From Paenibacillus sp. (GTDB lineage: Bacteria; Bacillota; Bacilli; Paenibacillales; Paenibacillaceae): 57,708 nucleotides of DNA. Location: assembly GCA_036498705.1 (NCBI GenBank), contig DASYFA010000152.1, forward strand, positions 1 through 57,708, read 5' to 3'. A program made the position numbers and the translations under genes. The notes under the pieces were generated by a model. It had not been told where the DNA came from and searched no databases. It saw only the letters and a list, made by a program, of their open reading frames with translations. The stretch's first letter is position 1. The number at the start of each line of letters is the position of its first letter. This document shows positions 29,901-39,150 of this stretch, one piece after another.

Positions 29901-30848
29901 TTATGCCCCTCCTTTGCGTCCGATAATACGGATGATCAGAATCAACACGAACGAGATGAGCAACAGCAAAAACGCCATTAGGTGTAGACTATAGTTCCAG
30001 GTCGAATCAAAATCGACGTTAGAGATCTGCATGACGATGTTGCTCGTCAGTACCGAGGTTGGAGCGAACAGGGATTTTGCCAGCTGCGGCGTATTCCCGA
30101 TCACCATGACTACGGCCATCGTCTCTCCGATCGCCCGGGTCATGCCCAAGATGATCGCCGCCACGATGCCGCGGCCAGCTGCGGGCAGAACCACCCTGAA
30201 AGTAGTCTGAAGCCTGGTGGCACCAAGCGCGTAAGAAGCGTCACGGTACTTTCTCGGCACGGCCGAGATGGCATCCTCGCTGATACGGCTGATCGTTGGA
30301 AGGATCATGATGGTTAACACCAGGGAAGCGGCCAATAGGCCGTCCCCCAGCCCTTCACCACTGAGCTCCCTAAGTAATGGAAGCAGTATAGTCAGTCCAA
30401 GATACCCGTATACGATGGATGGAATCCCGACCAATAAATCAAGCAGCGGGCTCACGAACTTTTTCAGCCAGCTAGGTGCAATTTCTGCAATCAGAATAGC
30501 CATTCCTACGGATAGCGGGACTGCAATGATTAAGGTCAAGACCGTTAAAGACAATGTGTTGACAATGAAAAGCGCAGCTCCGAACCTTCCCTCTTCCGGC
30601 GCCCAATCAAACGAGAAGAAGAACTCAGCAGGTGTCACCTCCTGAAAGGTTAACAACGCCGTCTTCCCTATAAAGAAAATGACCATCGCCAATACCAGGC
30701 AGAGAGCTAATATACTGAACAGAAAATAGTATTTAAACAGCCAATTTACCATCCGAGCTCGGGCATTTCTCGACGTCAAATTCCAACGATGGCGCGGATA
30801 TATTCCTGTCCCGGATTCCCGGACAGTTTTGTGAGCAGAAGTGTTCAA
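29901..30848 (-). CDS. pstC: Phosphate ABC transporter permease PstC
   Basis: GIPSIVYG, MILPTI, ASYALGAT, RAIGETMAV-x-MV-x-GN; TTG at 30848 after ggagg. Confidence 0.93.
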   Translation of the reverse strand: MNTSAHKTVRESGTGIYPRHRWNLTSRNARARMVNWLFKYYFLFSILALCLVLAMVIFFIGKTALLTFQEVTPAEFFFSFDWAPEEGRFGAALFIVNTLSLTVLTLIIAVPLSVGMAILIAEIAPSWLKKFVSPLLDLLVGIPSIVYGYLGLTILLPLLRELSGEGLGDGLLAASLVLTIMILPTISRISEDAISAVPRKYRDASYALGATRLQTTFRVVLPAAGRGIVAAIILGMTRAIGETMAVVMVIGNTPQLAKSLFAPTSVLTSNIVMQISNVDFDSTWNYSLHLMAFLLLLISFVLILIIRIIGRKGGA

Positions 30849-30869
30849 CCTGGTTCCTCCCATATATAA

Positions 30870-30897
30870 GACCAGTCCCGTAAATCAGGGACTGGTC
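30870..30897 (-). promoter_or_regulatory. Intercistronic hairpin between pstS and pstC (mRNA stabiliser or attenuator)
   Basis: gaccagtccc/gggactggtc perfect stem without clear U-tail. Confidence 0.5.
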
Positions 30898-30917
30898 GAA
30901 TTGTAGCTATCGCTGAT

Positions 30918-31778
30918 TTATTTCATTGCCGAGATCGGAATGAACTTCAATTTTTTCAGGGAACCCTCTTGGAACTTTTTGCTTTGAATGTATTCGATGA
31001 AAGCTTTTGTCTCTCCAGTTGGCTCTCCCTTGGTCATAAAGTAACCATAAGACCAAATCTTGTATTTACCGTTGATTACGTTATCCACGGTTGCCTCTAC
31101 CCCGTTATGTTTCACGGCTTTGATGTCATCGCCGCTGATGTAGGTCAAGTCGATGTAACCGATCGAGTTCGGCGTTGTTGCCACAGCCGTCTTCATATCG
31201 CCGCTGGAGCCCACTTCCTTGTAGTTCTTCTCCTTCTTGACGATGTCTCCGCCCCCAAGCGCCTTGGCTTGGTAATTGACGCGAGTACCGGAACCGAAGG
31301 AACGAGTGATGACTACGATATCCTTGTCTTCGCCGCCAACATCTTTCCAGTTCGTGATTTTCCCGGAGTAGATCCCTTTTAATTGTTCTGTCGTCAGGCT
31401 ATCGACCTTAACACTTTTGTTCACGATCGTCGCAAATGGAATTACCGCCACTTTATTGGCCACTTGGCCATCAAATTTTTTAAAGCCCGGTACGTCTGTG
31501 CTGGCATCCCAGTCGCAGGCGCCAATATCAGCGATGCCCTTCTTCACAGCCTGTGGGCCAGTAACCGAGCCCTTACCCGAAGCGGCGATTTTCACTTTCG
31601 GATGCAGCTTTTGGAATTCCTTAGCGGCTTGCAGCGTCAACGGCAGCAGCGCCGTCGATCCGTTCACCGTAATTTTACCTTTCAATTCGTCCTTCGCTCC
31701 TACAGTGCCCGAGATCGTTGCAGACAAGAGGAACGCCGAAGCGACCGCAGCCAAGGACAGTGTTTTCAACCATTTCAT
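30918..31778 (-). CDS. pstS: Phosphate-binding protein PstS, non-lipoprotein signal
   Basis: GSTALLP, GSVTG, YSGKITNWKDVGG, R-x-x-GSGTR, SIGY; signal peptide has no lipobox Cys. Confidence 0.9.
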   Translation of the reverse strand: MKWLKTLSLAAVASAFLLSATISGTVGAKDELKGKITVNGSTALLPLTLQAAKEFQKLHPKVKIAASGKGSVTGPQAVKKGIADIGACDWDASTDVPGFKKFDGQVANKVAVIPFATIVNKSVKVDSLTTEQLKGIYSGKITNWKDVGGEDKDIVVITRSFGSGTRVNYQAKALGGGDIVKKEKNYKEVGSSGDMKTAVATTPNSIGYIDLTYISGDDIKAVKHNGVEATVDNVINGKYKIWSYGYFMTKGEPTGETKAFIEYIQSKKFQEGSLKKLKFIPISAMK

Positions 31779-31810
31779 ATGGAGTAACCCCTTCCGGATT
31801 ATAGATTATA

Positions 31811-33244
31811 TTATTTCGTAAGTTCCGATACTTTTCCGTCTTGCACCAACACTACTTTGCCATCTGCGATGAACGCAATGGTTCCATTCTGTGCAATGGT
31901 CCAGTCAGAGACAGATTCGTCTGTGCTGAAAAGCTCCGTTTTAGCGCCCGAAGCAGCTACTTCGAACCATTTGCTGCCGCCATCTGCCGTCTCAGCATGA
32001 ATAATCAATTTGCCCGAGATGGATTCGCTGGAGATCACGTCAACGTCAGCAACTAAATTACGGACTTGGGAACCATCGGCTGGAATGATCTTCAGGGTGT
32101 CGTTCTCTACCTTGCCTTCCGGATCGGCACTGATGTATGTCACACTGCCATCCGACAACAGGGACAGGTACAATTTGTTGTCCATCTGCTGAGTCAGTTG
32201 CACCGGTTTGGCCTCAGGATTGTTAAGCTCGAGCGAATATACCTGCGTGCCCGCTTTCGAGTAATCGATGGTCAGCGATTCCTCAGTTCCTTCCTTATCC
32301 GTTTGAGCATTTCCGGTCACGTTTACGAAGTAGACGACCTTCTTACCGTCCATCGATACCTGTACCTCGGATTTATTCTCGACTTTGTCAGCCAGTACTT
32401 CCGTGATCTTACCGGTATCCACACTTATGTAAGCAATTTTCTCTTGTTTGTCGCCTTGGATGAAATAGATTTTCTTGCCGTCTGCAGACCACATCAAATC
32501 AGTCTTAACTGACGTGTCCTTACCAAGCTGTTGGATTCTACCAGTTGCCGTGTTCAGCAAGAACAATGCCCCGCTCTGACTCGTAAATGCAGCCAAAGAA
32601 CGGTCGGGAGACAACGCTGCTCCGATGGCGCTCTCGTTGCTCGAGAACATCTCAACTTGCCCGTTGTTCCACAGCTTGATCAACGTCGGATTCTCTGCGT
32701 CCTCTTGGCTAACGATGACGTTACCAGCAGCATCGAACAGCGGCGTACCAAACTGTCCGCTTAAGCGTCCCACACTACGCAGATCACCTGACTCCTGCAC
32801 TTCTCCTCCCAAAGCCTGAACCAACGCTATCGGCTCTACGAACATAACGCCTCCCGCAATTTGCGGAGCGATCGTAAATTGGGCAGCGGTGCCGTCTAAG
32901 CTATAGCTTTTAGAGCCGGATTTGAGGCTCACTTCGTGCAATCCTTGACTGTCCGTTACAATAAGACTCTCTCCACTCAGCTTGATCGTTGCTCCTAGAC
33001 CACCAGCCAGATCGCGAAGCGAATAAAGCTTTGTCTTGCCTACGACCATCGTTTTCAGCGTATATTTAACGCCGTCGATCGCCACGCCTTCACTAGCTGC
33101 CTTGAGTTGGCTTGCCCCGGCTTTAGTCGCAATCGGCTTTTGGCCAGCTTCAGCCGCAGACGCAGATGCCACCGCCACAGACGAAGTCACCAGCGCAGAA
33201 GCAAGAATCATTCTCAGAACCTTACTCTTCTTCATCCAATTCAC
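31811..33244 (-). CDS. Secreted protein: copper-amine-oxidase N-terminal (stalk)-like domain plus TolB/PD40-like beta-propeller
   Basis: Signal peptide; SLRDLAGGLGA and APQIAGGVMFV (stalk-like); SPDRS, WSADGKKIYF, SMDGKKVVY repeats. Confidence 0.7.
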   Translation of the reverse strand: MNWMKKSKVLRMILASALVTSSVAVASASAAEAGQKPIATKAGASQLKAASEGVAIDGVKYTLKTMVVGKTKLYSLRDLAGGLGATIKLSGESLIVTDSQGLHEVSLKSGSKSYSLDGTAAQFTIAPQIAGGVMFVEPIALVQALGGEVQESGDLRSVGRLSGQFGTPLFDAAGNVIVSQEDAENPTLIKLWNNGQVEMFSSNESAIGAALSPDRSLAAFTSQSGALFLLNTATGRIQQLGKDTSVKTDLMWSADGKKIYFIQGDKQEKIAYISVDTGKITEVLADKVENKSEVQVSMDGKKVVYFVNVTGNAQTDKEGTEESLTIDYSKAGTQVYSLELNNPEAKPVQLTQQMDNKLYLSLLSDGSVTYISADPEGKVENDTLKIIPADGSQVRNLVADVDVISSESISGKLIIHAETADGGSKWFEVAASGAKTELFSTDESVSDWTIAQNGTIAFIADGKVVLVQDGKVSELTK

Positions 33245-33289
33245 CCTTTTATATTGGCATATGTAACTAAATAGATTGTCGTATATATT

Positions 33290-33357
33290 TGTTAAAGTGA
33301 TTTTAGAAGATTGTAAAGTTATGTAAAATTAACAGAAAAATTTCGTCGGATTGTAAA
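33290..33357 (-). promoter_or_regulatory. Pho boxes (PhoP-binding)
   Basis: Minus-strand TTAACA (33290), degenerate unit (33301), TTTACA (33312, 33322) at 10-11 bp spacing, plus TTTACA at 33352. Confidence 0.7.
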
Positions 33358-33376
33358 GTTCTGATCTTCTGATAAC

Positions 33377-33414
33377 AAAAAGACGGCGCAGGGATATGAT
33401 CCCTCGTCGTCTTT
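33377..33414 (-). terminator. Terminator after SRPBCC gene
   Basis: aaagacggcg-c-agggat/atccct-cgtcgtcttt stem with A-run. Confidence 0.65.
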
Positions 33415-33437
33415 CATTTTCTCCATGCTATTTATTG

Positions 33438-33863
33438 TTAGATATTCTCGCAATATTTTTTGAAATTGTCTAAAATCGACTGCCAACCAGCTCTTTGCAT
33501 CTCAACGGGGTTGGTGGCCTCGGCATCAAAGATTTCAATCACTTTCGTGCTGTCTTCCTGACTAACGAAAGTGATGGCCACTTTTCTTCCATCATCCATC
33601 GTGTATGAAATGAACTCGTTGATTCTGACATCATCATAAACTCCGCCGAAATCAAATCCAAAGCTGCCATCCTTCGCTTCCATTCTAGTGAGGAACTTCC
33701 CACCGACCCGTAGATCATTTTCGGCTTTTGGAGTGTGCCAATCATCGGAAGCGGAATTCCATTTTGTAAGATGCTGGGGCTCTGTCCAATATTCCCAGAC
33801 TTTCTCTACTGGTGTTTGAACTGTAGTTTCGATCGTTATCGATTCTTTATGCCCTGTTCCCAT
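33438..33863 (-). CDS. SRPBCC/AHSA1-like START-fold protein
   Basis: PVEKVWEYWTEP, DLRVGGKF, GWQSILDNFKKY; ATG after gagggg. Confidence 0.88.
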   Translation of the reverse strand: MGTGHKESITIETTVQTPVEKVWEYWTEPQHLTKWNSASDDWHTPKAENDLRVGGKFLTRMEAKDGSFGFDFGGVYDDVRINEFISYTMDDGRKVAITFVSQEDSTKVIEIFDAEATNPVEMQRAGWQSILDNFKKYCENI

Positions 33864-33903
33864 ATAAGAAGCCCCCTCATTATTAGGTTTATCAATCGTC
33901 TGC

Positions 33904-35067
33904 TTACTTCTTAAGCATTTGGAACACTTGCTCGACATCCTTATCGCCGCGTCCGGACAAATTCACGATGAGAATCTGATCCTTATGCATCGTAGGAGCT
34001 AGCTTCTTAGCGTAGGCAACCGCATGAGCACTCTCAAGAGCAGGAATAATCCCCTCCGTACGAGACAATTCCTGGAAACCTTCAAGTACTTCCTCGTTAG
34101 TTACAGTCGCATATTCCGCCCGCCCAGAGACCTTAAGATGACTATGTTCTGGCCCAATACCTGGGTAGTCCAGACCCGCTGCAATGGAATAGGTCTTCTG
34201 CGGCTGGCCTTCCTCATCTAGTAGTACCAGACATTTAAAGCCGTGGATGACGCTTGGAACGCCTTGTGTCAGGGTCGGAGCTTGATCAGGCTCGACCCCG
34301 ATCAGACGAACGCCCGGCTCATCGATATAATGAGCGAACGCACCAATCGCATTACTACCGCCTCCAACGCAGGCAATCACCGCATCCGGCAAGCGACCTT
34401 CCTTCTCTAGGATCTGCCGTCTTGATTCTTCGCTAATCACGGATTGGAAGTGCTTGACCATCGTAGGAAATGGATGAGGCCCAACCGCGGAACCCAGCAG
34501 ATAAAATGTATTCTGATAGTTCTCCACCAGATCGTTCAGTGCTTCATCTACCGCATCCTTTAACCGACCTTGTCCCTTATTAACCGGAACAACGGTAGCT
34601 CCCAGCAGTTCCATCCGGAACACGTTCAGCGCTTGGCGGCGGGTATCTTCAGCCCCCATATAGATGACACATTCCATATCGAACATAGCGCATGCCGTCG
34701 CTGTTGCTACTCCGTGCTGTCCGGCGCCAGTTTCGGCAATAATCCGCTTTGCACCCATTCTTTTGGCAAGCAGAATCTGGCCGATAGCGTTGTTGATTTT
34801 ATGCGCACCCGTATGGTTTAAATCTTCCCGTTTCAGATAAATCTTAGCCCCGCCCCAATCATCGGACAATCGCTGTGCATACGTCAATGGACTCTCACGC
34901 CCCACGTATTCGCGCAAATAATAGCGAAGTTCTTCATTAAATTCGGGATCATCCTTGAATTTGTAGAACTGTTCACTTAAATAGTCCATGACCTCTTGCA
35001 ATTGCGGCGGTATGAAGCTACCTCCGAACTCCCCAAAATACCCTTCTTGCTGCAGCTGTTGGCTCAT
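33904..35067 (-). CDS. trpB: Tryptophan synthase beta chain, stand-alone copy
   Basis: [50 protein letters not shown]. Confidence 0.93.
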   Translation of the reverse strand: MSQQLQQEGYFGEFGGSFIPPQLQEVMDYLSEQFYKFKDDPEFNEELRYYLREYVGRESPLTYAQRLSDDWGGAKIYLKREDLNHTGAHKINNAIGQILLAKRMGAKRIIAETGAGQHGVATATACAMFDMECVIYMGAEDTRRQALNVFRMELLGATVVPVNKGQGRLKDAVDEALNDLVENYQNTFYLLGSAVGPHPFPTMVKHFQSVISEESRRQILEKEGRLPDAVIACVGGGSNAIGAFAHYIDEPGVRLIGVEPDQAPTLTQGVPSVIHGFKCLVLLDEEGQPQKTYSIAAGLDYPGIGPEHSHLKVSGRAEYATVTNEEVLEGFQELSRTEGIIPALESAHAVAYAKKLAPTMHKDQILIVNLSGRGDKDVEQVFQMLKK

Positions 35068-35184
35068 CTTGTAACACCTCCATAATAGATACAATAGAAA
35101 ATTTTTCTTACTATCGTACCATAATTTGCTGCTTATGGGCGGTATTATTTCTAAGCCCCCATATCGTCAAAAACATGACTGTAT

Positions 35185-36102
35185 TTAGGGCTGCATCTCG
35201 TCCTCGATCCGCTTCATGAACTCTTCTGCGGCGCTGTAGCCAAGCTGCTTGAGATACCAATTATTTGCCGCTGCCTCGATCAGACCAGCTACGTCACGTC
35301 CCGGCTGCAGCTGGATTTCGATATGCGGTATCTGAACACCCAGATAATCAGTGTACTGCGGAACGACCTCCAGCTCATTGTTCAAGGAATCGCCCTGCCA
35401 CGGGGTTAACTCGATGTCGAGTACAATTCGTGTCTCGTCCTGAAAGGCTCTTCGCCCATATTGGCGGACGACATTAATTAGTCCAACGCTGCGCAGAGCG
35501 AGAAATTCGCGGGTAGTCTCGTTATGTGATCCAAGAAGCGTAGATGGACTGAGTCTCTTAAGCACCACTATATCGTCCGCCACAAATCGATGTCCCCTCC
35601 GGATGAGCGTATGGGCTGTCTCACTTTTGCCAATTCCGGATTTCCCCCTAAGCAGGATACCTATGCCGGAGACATTTATACATACCCCATGAATTGATAC
35701 CTCCGGTGCCAGCGCCTTCACTAGATAACCATCCAGCTTGGCAATAAAATCCGTTGTTGTCTCTGAAGTCCTCAGCAAGGGGATTCCTTCTTGCTCGCAG
35801 AACAGGGTTAGAAAAGGGATCTCCTGCTGGCCCGACGTCACAATAAAGCAAGGCGGATGATATTTGACGATGTTCCCAATATGTAGCTTGCGTTCCTCTA
35901 CCGTACGCGTCAATAAATAGGTAATCTCCTTACGACCGAGTATTTGAACCCGCTTCATCGGGAAAAAATCAAAATACCCGACAAACTCCAGCCCTGGTCT
36001 ATGTGTACGAGGTCGAGTAATCTCGCGGTCCATGTGACCGGCTCCAGTAAGTACCTCTAATTTGAATACCTCCACAAGTCTCTGAACGGTGATCGTCTTC
36101 AT
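35185..36102 (-). CDS. hprK: HPr kinase/phosphorylase (divergent paralog)
   Basis: HRPGLE, HG, Walker A GKSGIGKSE, FVADD, PGR; signature ALRSVGLIN instead of EIRGLGIIN. Confidence 0.85.
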   Translation of the reverse strand: MKTITVQRLVEVFKLEVLTGAGHMDREITRPRTHRPGLEFVGYFDFFPMKRVQILGRKEITYLLTRTVEERKLHIGNIVKYHPPCFIVTSGQQEIPFLTLFCEQEGIPLLRTSETTTDFIAKLDGYLVKALAPEVSIHGVCINVSGIGILLRGKSGIGKSETAHTLIRRGHRFVADDIVVLKRLSPSTLLGSHNETTREFLALRSVGLINVVRQYGRRAFQDETRIVLDIELTPWQGDSLNNELEVVPQYTDYLGVQIPHIEIQLQPGRDVAGLIEAAANNWYLKQLGYSAAEEFMKRIEDEMQP

Positions 36103-36230
36103 GTGCCTCTCCTCCTTCGAACTATCTATCCTAGTTGGATTGATTTTAACAGAATTCTGTTACGAGTTCCTCTCTGTGTTCTAACAGTTATGAGACAGTT
36201 CATTCTATAAAGGTTGTTCAGCGCAAACCT

Positions 36231-36270
36231 AAAAAAATCACTAACCCTAAACAGGATTAGTGATTTTTTT
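36231..36270. terminator. Terminator after carD-like gene
   Basis: aaaaaaatcactaa.cct/agg.ttagtgattttttt. Confidence 0.75.
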
Positions 36271-36314
36271 GTTCGGTATTTTAATAGCGAGCGGAACCTC
36301 TATTTATTCAACCA

Positions 36315-36815
36315 TTAAGCACTCTGGGCAATTAAGCCGTTTACTTCATCCAATACAGCCTCATACGTAGTTCCCAAAGCGATGGCAATTTCTTTGAACA
36401 ATATATTTCGAGCTGAAGTTAACATGGTCTGATCTTGATTGCTCAGCTTTTTGTTATTTCTCTCGGCCCTTTGCTTTTGACGCATTAGCGTATTTATAAT
36501 TTTGGCGATTTCTTCCCGGTTGCCAGAACGGATGACTTTAGAATACGTATGATTGCGATCCGTATTTTTCTCGATCCATTCCGTGCCCAGAGCTCTAAAG
36601 GATTGTATGACCTCCTCGGCCTCCACCGGGCCAATAAGGTTAAGCATGAGCAAGTTATGGTTGTCCACCGGGGCGCTGATCTTTAAATTATCATCGCTCA
36701 ACGGATGCAAATCATAATACAGCTTCAGTTTACCGGCAATTTCCTTCTCACTTATATTATCAATTCTGCATATGCCGTGTACTGAATATATAACCAAATG
36801 ACCCACTTTAAACAT
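36315..36815 (-). CDS. CarD/CdnL/TRCF-RID family regulator
   Basis: FKVGHLVIYSVHGICRI, YY-x-L-x-P, C-terminal ARNILFKEIAIAL. Confidence 0.88.
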   Translation of the reverse strand: MFKVGHLVIYSVHGICRIDNISEKEIAGKLKLYYDLHPLSDDNLKISAPVDNHNLLMLNLIGPVEAEEVIQSFRALGTEWIEKNTDRNHTYSKVIRSGNREEIAKIINTLMRQKQRAERNNKKLSNQDQTMLTSARNILFKEIAIALGTTYEAVLDEVNGLIAQSA

Positions 36816-36835
36816 GCTGTCGTCCTCCTCGCCAT

Positions 36836-36892
36836 TTGTCAACTAGGTTGACATGCATCTCTATTATACACCTTCGTCAACCTAGTTGACAA
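36836..36892. promoter_or_regulatory. Two palindromic operators GTCAAC-N3-GTTGAC (probable MarR sites)
   Basis: ttgtcaactaggttgac (36836) and its exact reverse complement gtcaacctagttgacaa (36876), each containing TTGACA. Confidence 0.75.
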
Positions 36893-36952
36893 TGGATGAG
36901 CGGCTTTTGTATATTAAATGAGCATATTTCCAAAGGAAAAGGAATGATATTT

Positions 36953-37411
36953 ATGAATACGGGATTACAAAACCTTGATTTAATTGACCTGTTAAGTGAG
37001 CTCCATATCCGTCTTCGCAGCTTGAACAATCAATTGTGGCATCACAGCCATGACATCCATATATCCAACTCAGAATGGTTCATTATGGCCAGAATCTACA
37101 AGAAGCAGGTAACCATATCCTATGTCGCGAGGCAGATGGAGATTTCCCGTCAGGCTACACATAAGTTCATTAAAAGCCTGGAGTCCAAGGGCTTGGTCGA
37201 AATCAACAAGGCACAGCATAACAACAAAGATAAATGCATCCAGCTTACAAAGCTCGGCGAAGAATGTTTCGAACAGAACAAAGCCATTAGGGAAACGCTC
37301 GAAGCTAAGATTATCTCCTCCATAGGAGCCGAGCGTGCGGATCAGCTTGTGCAGATCCTGAAGATGGATTGGGGATTGGATGATACTTCATCTCGAAAAA
37401 AATCCATATAA
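36953..37411 (+). CDS. MarR-family regulator
   Basis: ISYVARQMEISRQATHKFIKSLESKGLV, IQLTKLG winged helix. Confidence 0.88.
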   Translation: MNTGLQNLDLIDLLSELHIRLRSLNNQLWHHSHDIHISNSEWFIMARIYKKQVTISYVARQMEISRQATHKFIKSLESKGLVEINKAQHNNKDKCIQLTKLGEECFEQNKAIRETLEAKIISSIGAERADQLVQILKMDWGLDDTSSRKKSI

Positions 37412-37416
37412 TACAG

Positions 37417-37457
37417 AAGAAGGACATCCTCTACAACTAGACGGATGTCCTTCTTTT
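37417..37457. terminator. Terminator after marR
   Basis: aagaaggacatcc/ggatgtccttctttt. Confidence 0.7.
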
Positions 37458-37462
37458 GTATT

Positions 37463-37610
37463 CTATAACTTGAATCCTTTAACAAGACTCTGTAAATCAT
37501 CAGCCATCTTCGCCAAGGATTCGGAGAACGAGTTAACTTCCTCCATTGAAGCCAATTGTTCTTCCGCTGCAGCCGAAATGTCCTTTGTGCCAAACCTGCT
37601 GCTCTCGTGA
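37463..37610 (-). pseudogene. Methyl-accepting chemotaxis protein C-terminal remnant
   Basis: ISAAAEEQLASMEEVNSFSESLAKMADDLQSLVKGFKL* is a typical Bacillales MCP end; no upstream body. Confidence 0.8.
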
Positions 37611-37650
37611 GCAGAATTTTGACTCACTCCTACTCCTCCTCCGGGAGAGG

Positions 37651-38949
37651 CTAAGCTTGCGATTCGATGCCAACTTCCGAAGTGGAGAGCGGCTTCACCA
37701 GTCCCTTTTTCTCCCAAGCCCGGCTTCTCCAGCGAAGCAGCATAATGAGTCCACGCAGCCATTCATCCACCGTAAACGCAATCCAAATGCCAAGCAGCCC
37801 GATCCCAAAATGGACGCCTAGCACATAAGCGAGTGGGACCGAAACTCCCCACATCGAGAGTACGCCCATCAGAACAGGGAACCGCGCATCGCCAGCGGCA
37901 CGCAGTGAGTTAATAATGACCGTATTAAAGGTCCGGCCAGGCTCAAGCACGATGGAAAGCAAGAAAATAGTTGCTCCAACCGTAATGATGTTAGGGTCCT
38001 TCGTGAACATACCAATCATCTGATAACGGAATAGCGATGCTATTCCGACGATGATCTCCGTACCTGATCCAATCGCCATCGCAAGCGCCATAAAATAGTT
38101 CGATACGTTCATGACATAAACATGCGTATTTAACGCTGTAACGCCTATCATATTAACAAAGCTGATGATCATCAGATACTGCGACTGCCAGGAGAGATGC
38201 TCCCCCGCAGCTGGCAGACCAATGCTCATGATCTGCTTCACATATGAACCATCCCAGGTCACGTAATCCTTACGATGAATCGGTGCAGGGATGCGACGGT
38301 ACAGAATCACGATCAGAACGATGATGCCAAGCAAGCGACTAATCACCGTCGATACGGCCGCTCCTGTTACACCCCATTGTGGGAAGCCGAAGTTGCCGAA
38401 GATCAGCAAATAATTACCAGTCATATGAATGATATTGACGCCTAATGTAACATACATAACACTCTTCGTATGTCCAGTAGATCTGATGACTGACGAGATC
38501 GCATATGAGAGGGCCTCAATCCAGATAAAGCCGCCAATAATCTTTAAATAGTGACTTGCAATTCCAACTTGTTCGGGACTCAAATTCAGCAGCCGCAATA
38601 GAGGTTCTCCGAAACTAAACAATGCGATACTGACGATAATCCCGAAGATCAGATTAATCGTAATGGCGAGCGCCGAGATCCGGCTCGCCTCCTGCTCTCG
38701 TCTGGCCCCGATGTACTGAGACACCGCGACACTAGTTCCGATTCCGACAAAGCCGAACATCAGAATACAGAAGAAAATAATTTCGTTGGCTAATCCAACA
38801 GCTCCTGTTGCCGTGTCAGAGACGCGGCTTAACATGAACACGTCCACCGTACCCAGCAGCATCCGTAGCACGGAATCAATGAAAATGGGCCAAGTTACGG
38901 CAAAGAGGCTTAGTTTTTTCCATGAAGGAATATGATCAGATGTCGTCAC
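37651..38949 (-). CDS. MATE-family efflux transporter (probable internal in-frame deletion)
   Basis: VDVFML, SQYIGA, FGNFGFPQWGVTGAA, IGLPAAGE, LRAAGDARFP, DEWLRG. Confidence 0.85.
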   Translation of the reverse strand: MTTSDHIPSWKKLSLFAVTWPIFIDSVLRMLLGTVDVFMLSRVSDTATGAVGLANEIIFFCILMFGFVGIGTSVAVSQYIGARREQEASRISALAITINLIFGIIVSIALFSFGEPLLRLLNLSPEQVGIASHYLKIIGGFIWIEALSYAISSVIRSTGHTKSVMYVTLGVNIIHMTGNYLLIFGNFGFPQWGVTGAAVSTVISRLLGIIVLIVILYRRIPAPIHRKDYVTWDGSYVKQIMSIGLPAAGEHLSWQSQYLMIISFVNMIGVTALNTHVYVMNVSNYFMALAMAIGSGTEIIVGIASLFRYQMIGMFTKDPNIITVGATIFLLSIVLEPGRTFNTVIINSLRAAGDARFPVLMGVLSMWGVSVPLAYVLGVHFGIGLLGIWIAFTVDEWLRGLIMLLRWRSRAWEKKGLVKPLSTSEVGIESQA

Positions 38950-39150
38950 GTTTTTGCATGCTCCTATATAGGTCTATTCTCTACATCTACACTAGTGTAA
39001 TGGGTGTAAACAAAAACGTCTATAACATTAAAAAACCATAAAATCGGTCCCCGATTCATATACATGCTGAAAATTATACTGTATTCTTGTACATGGTGTT
39101 ATCACATTCGATTTGAAGCAATCAATCCAGCTAGAAAAGGAAGACTCATC

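Noticed and set aside
37463-37762. 99-aa ORF as an intact gene
   Set aside because: The first half overlaps the MATE 3' end in another frame; only the MCP-like tail is meaningful
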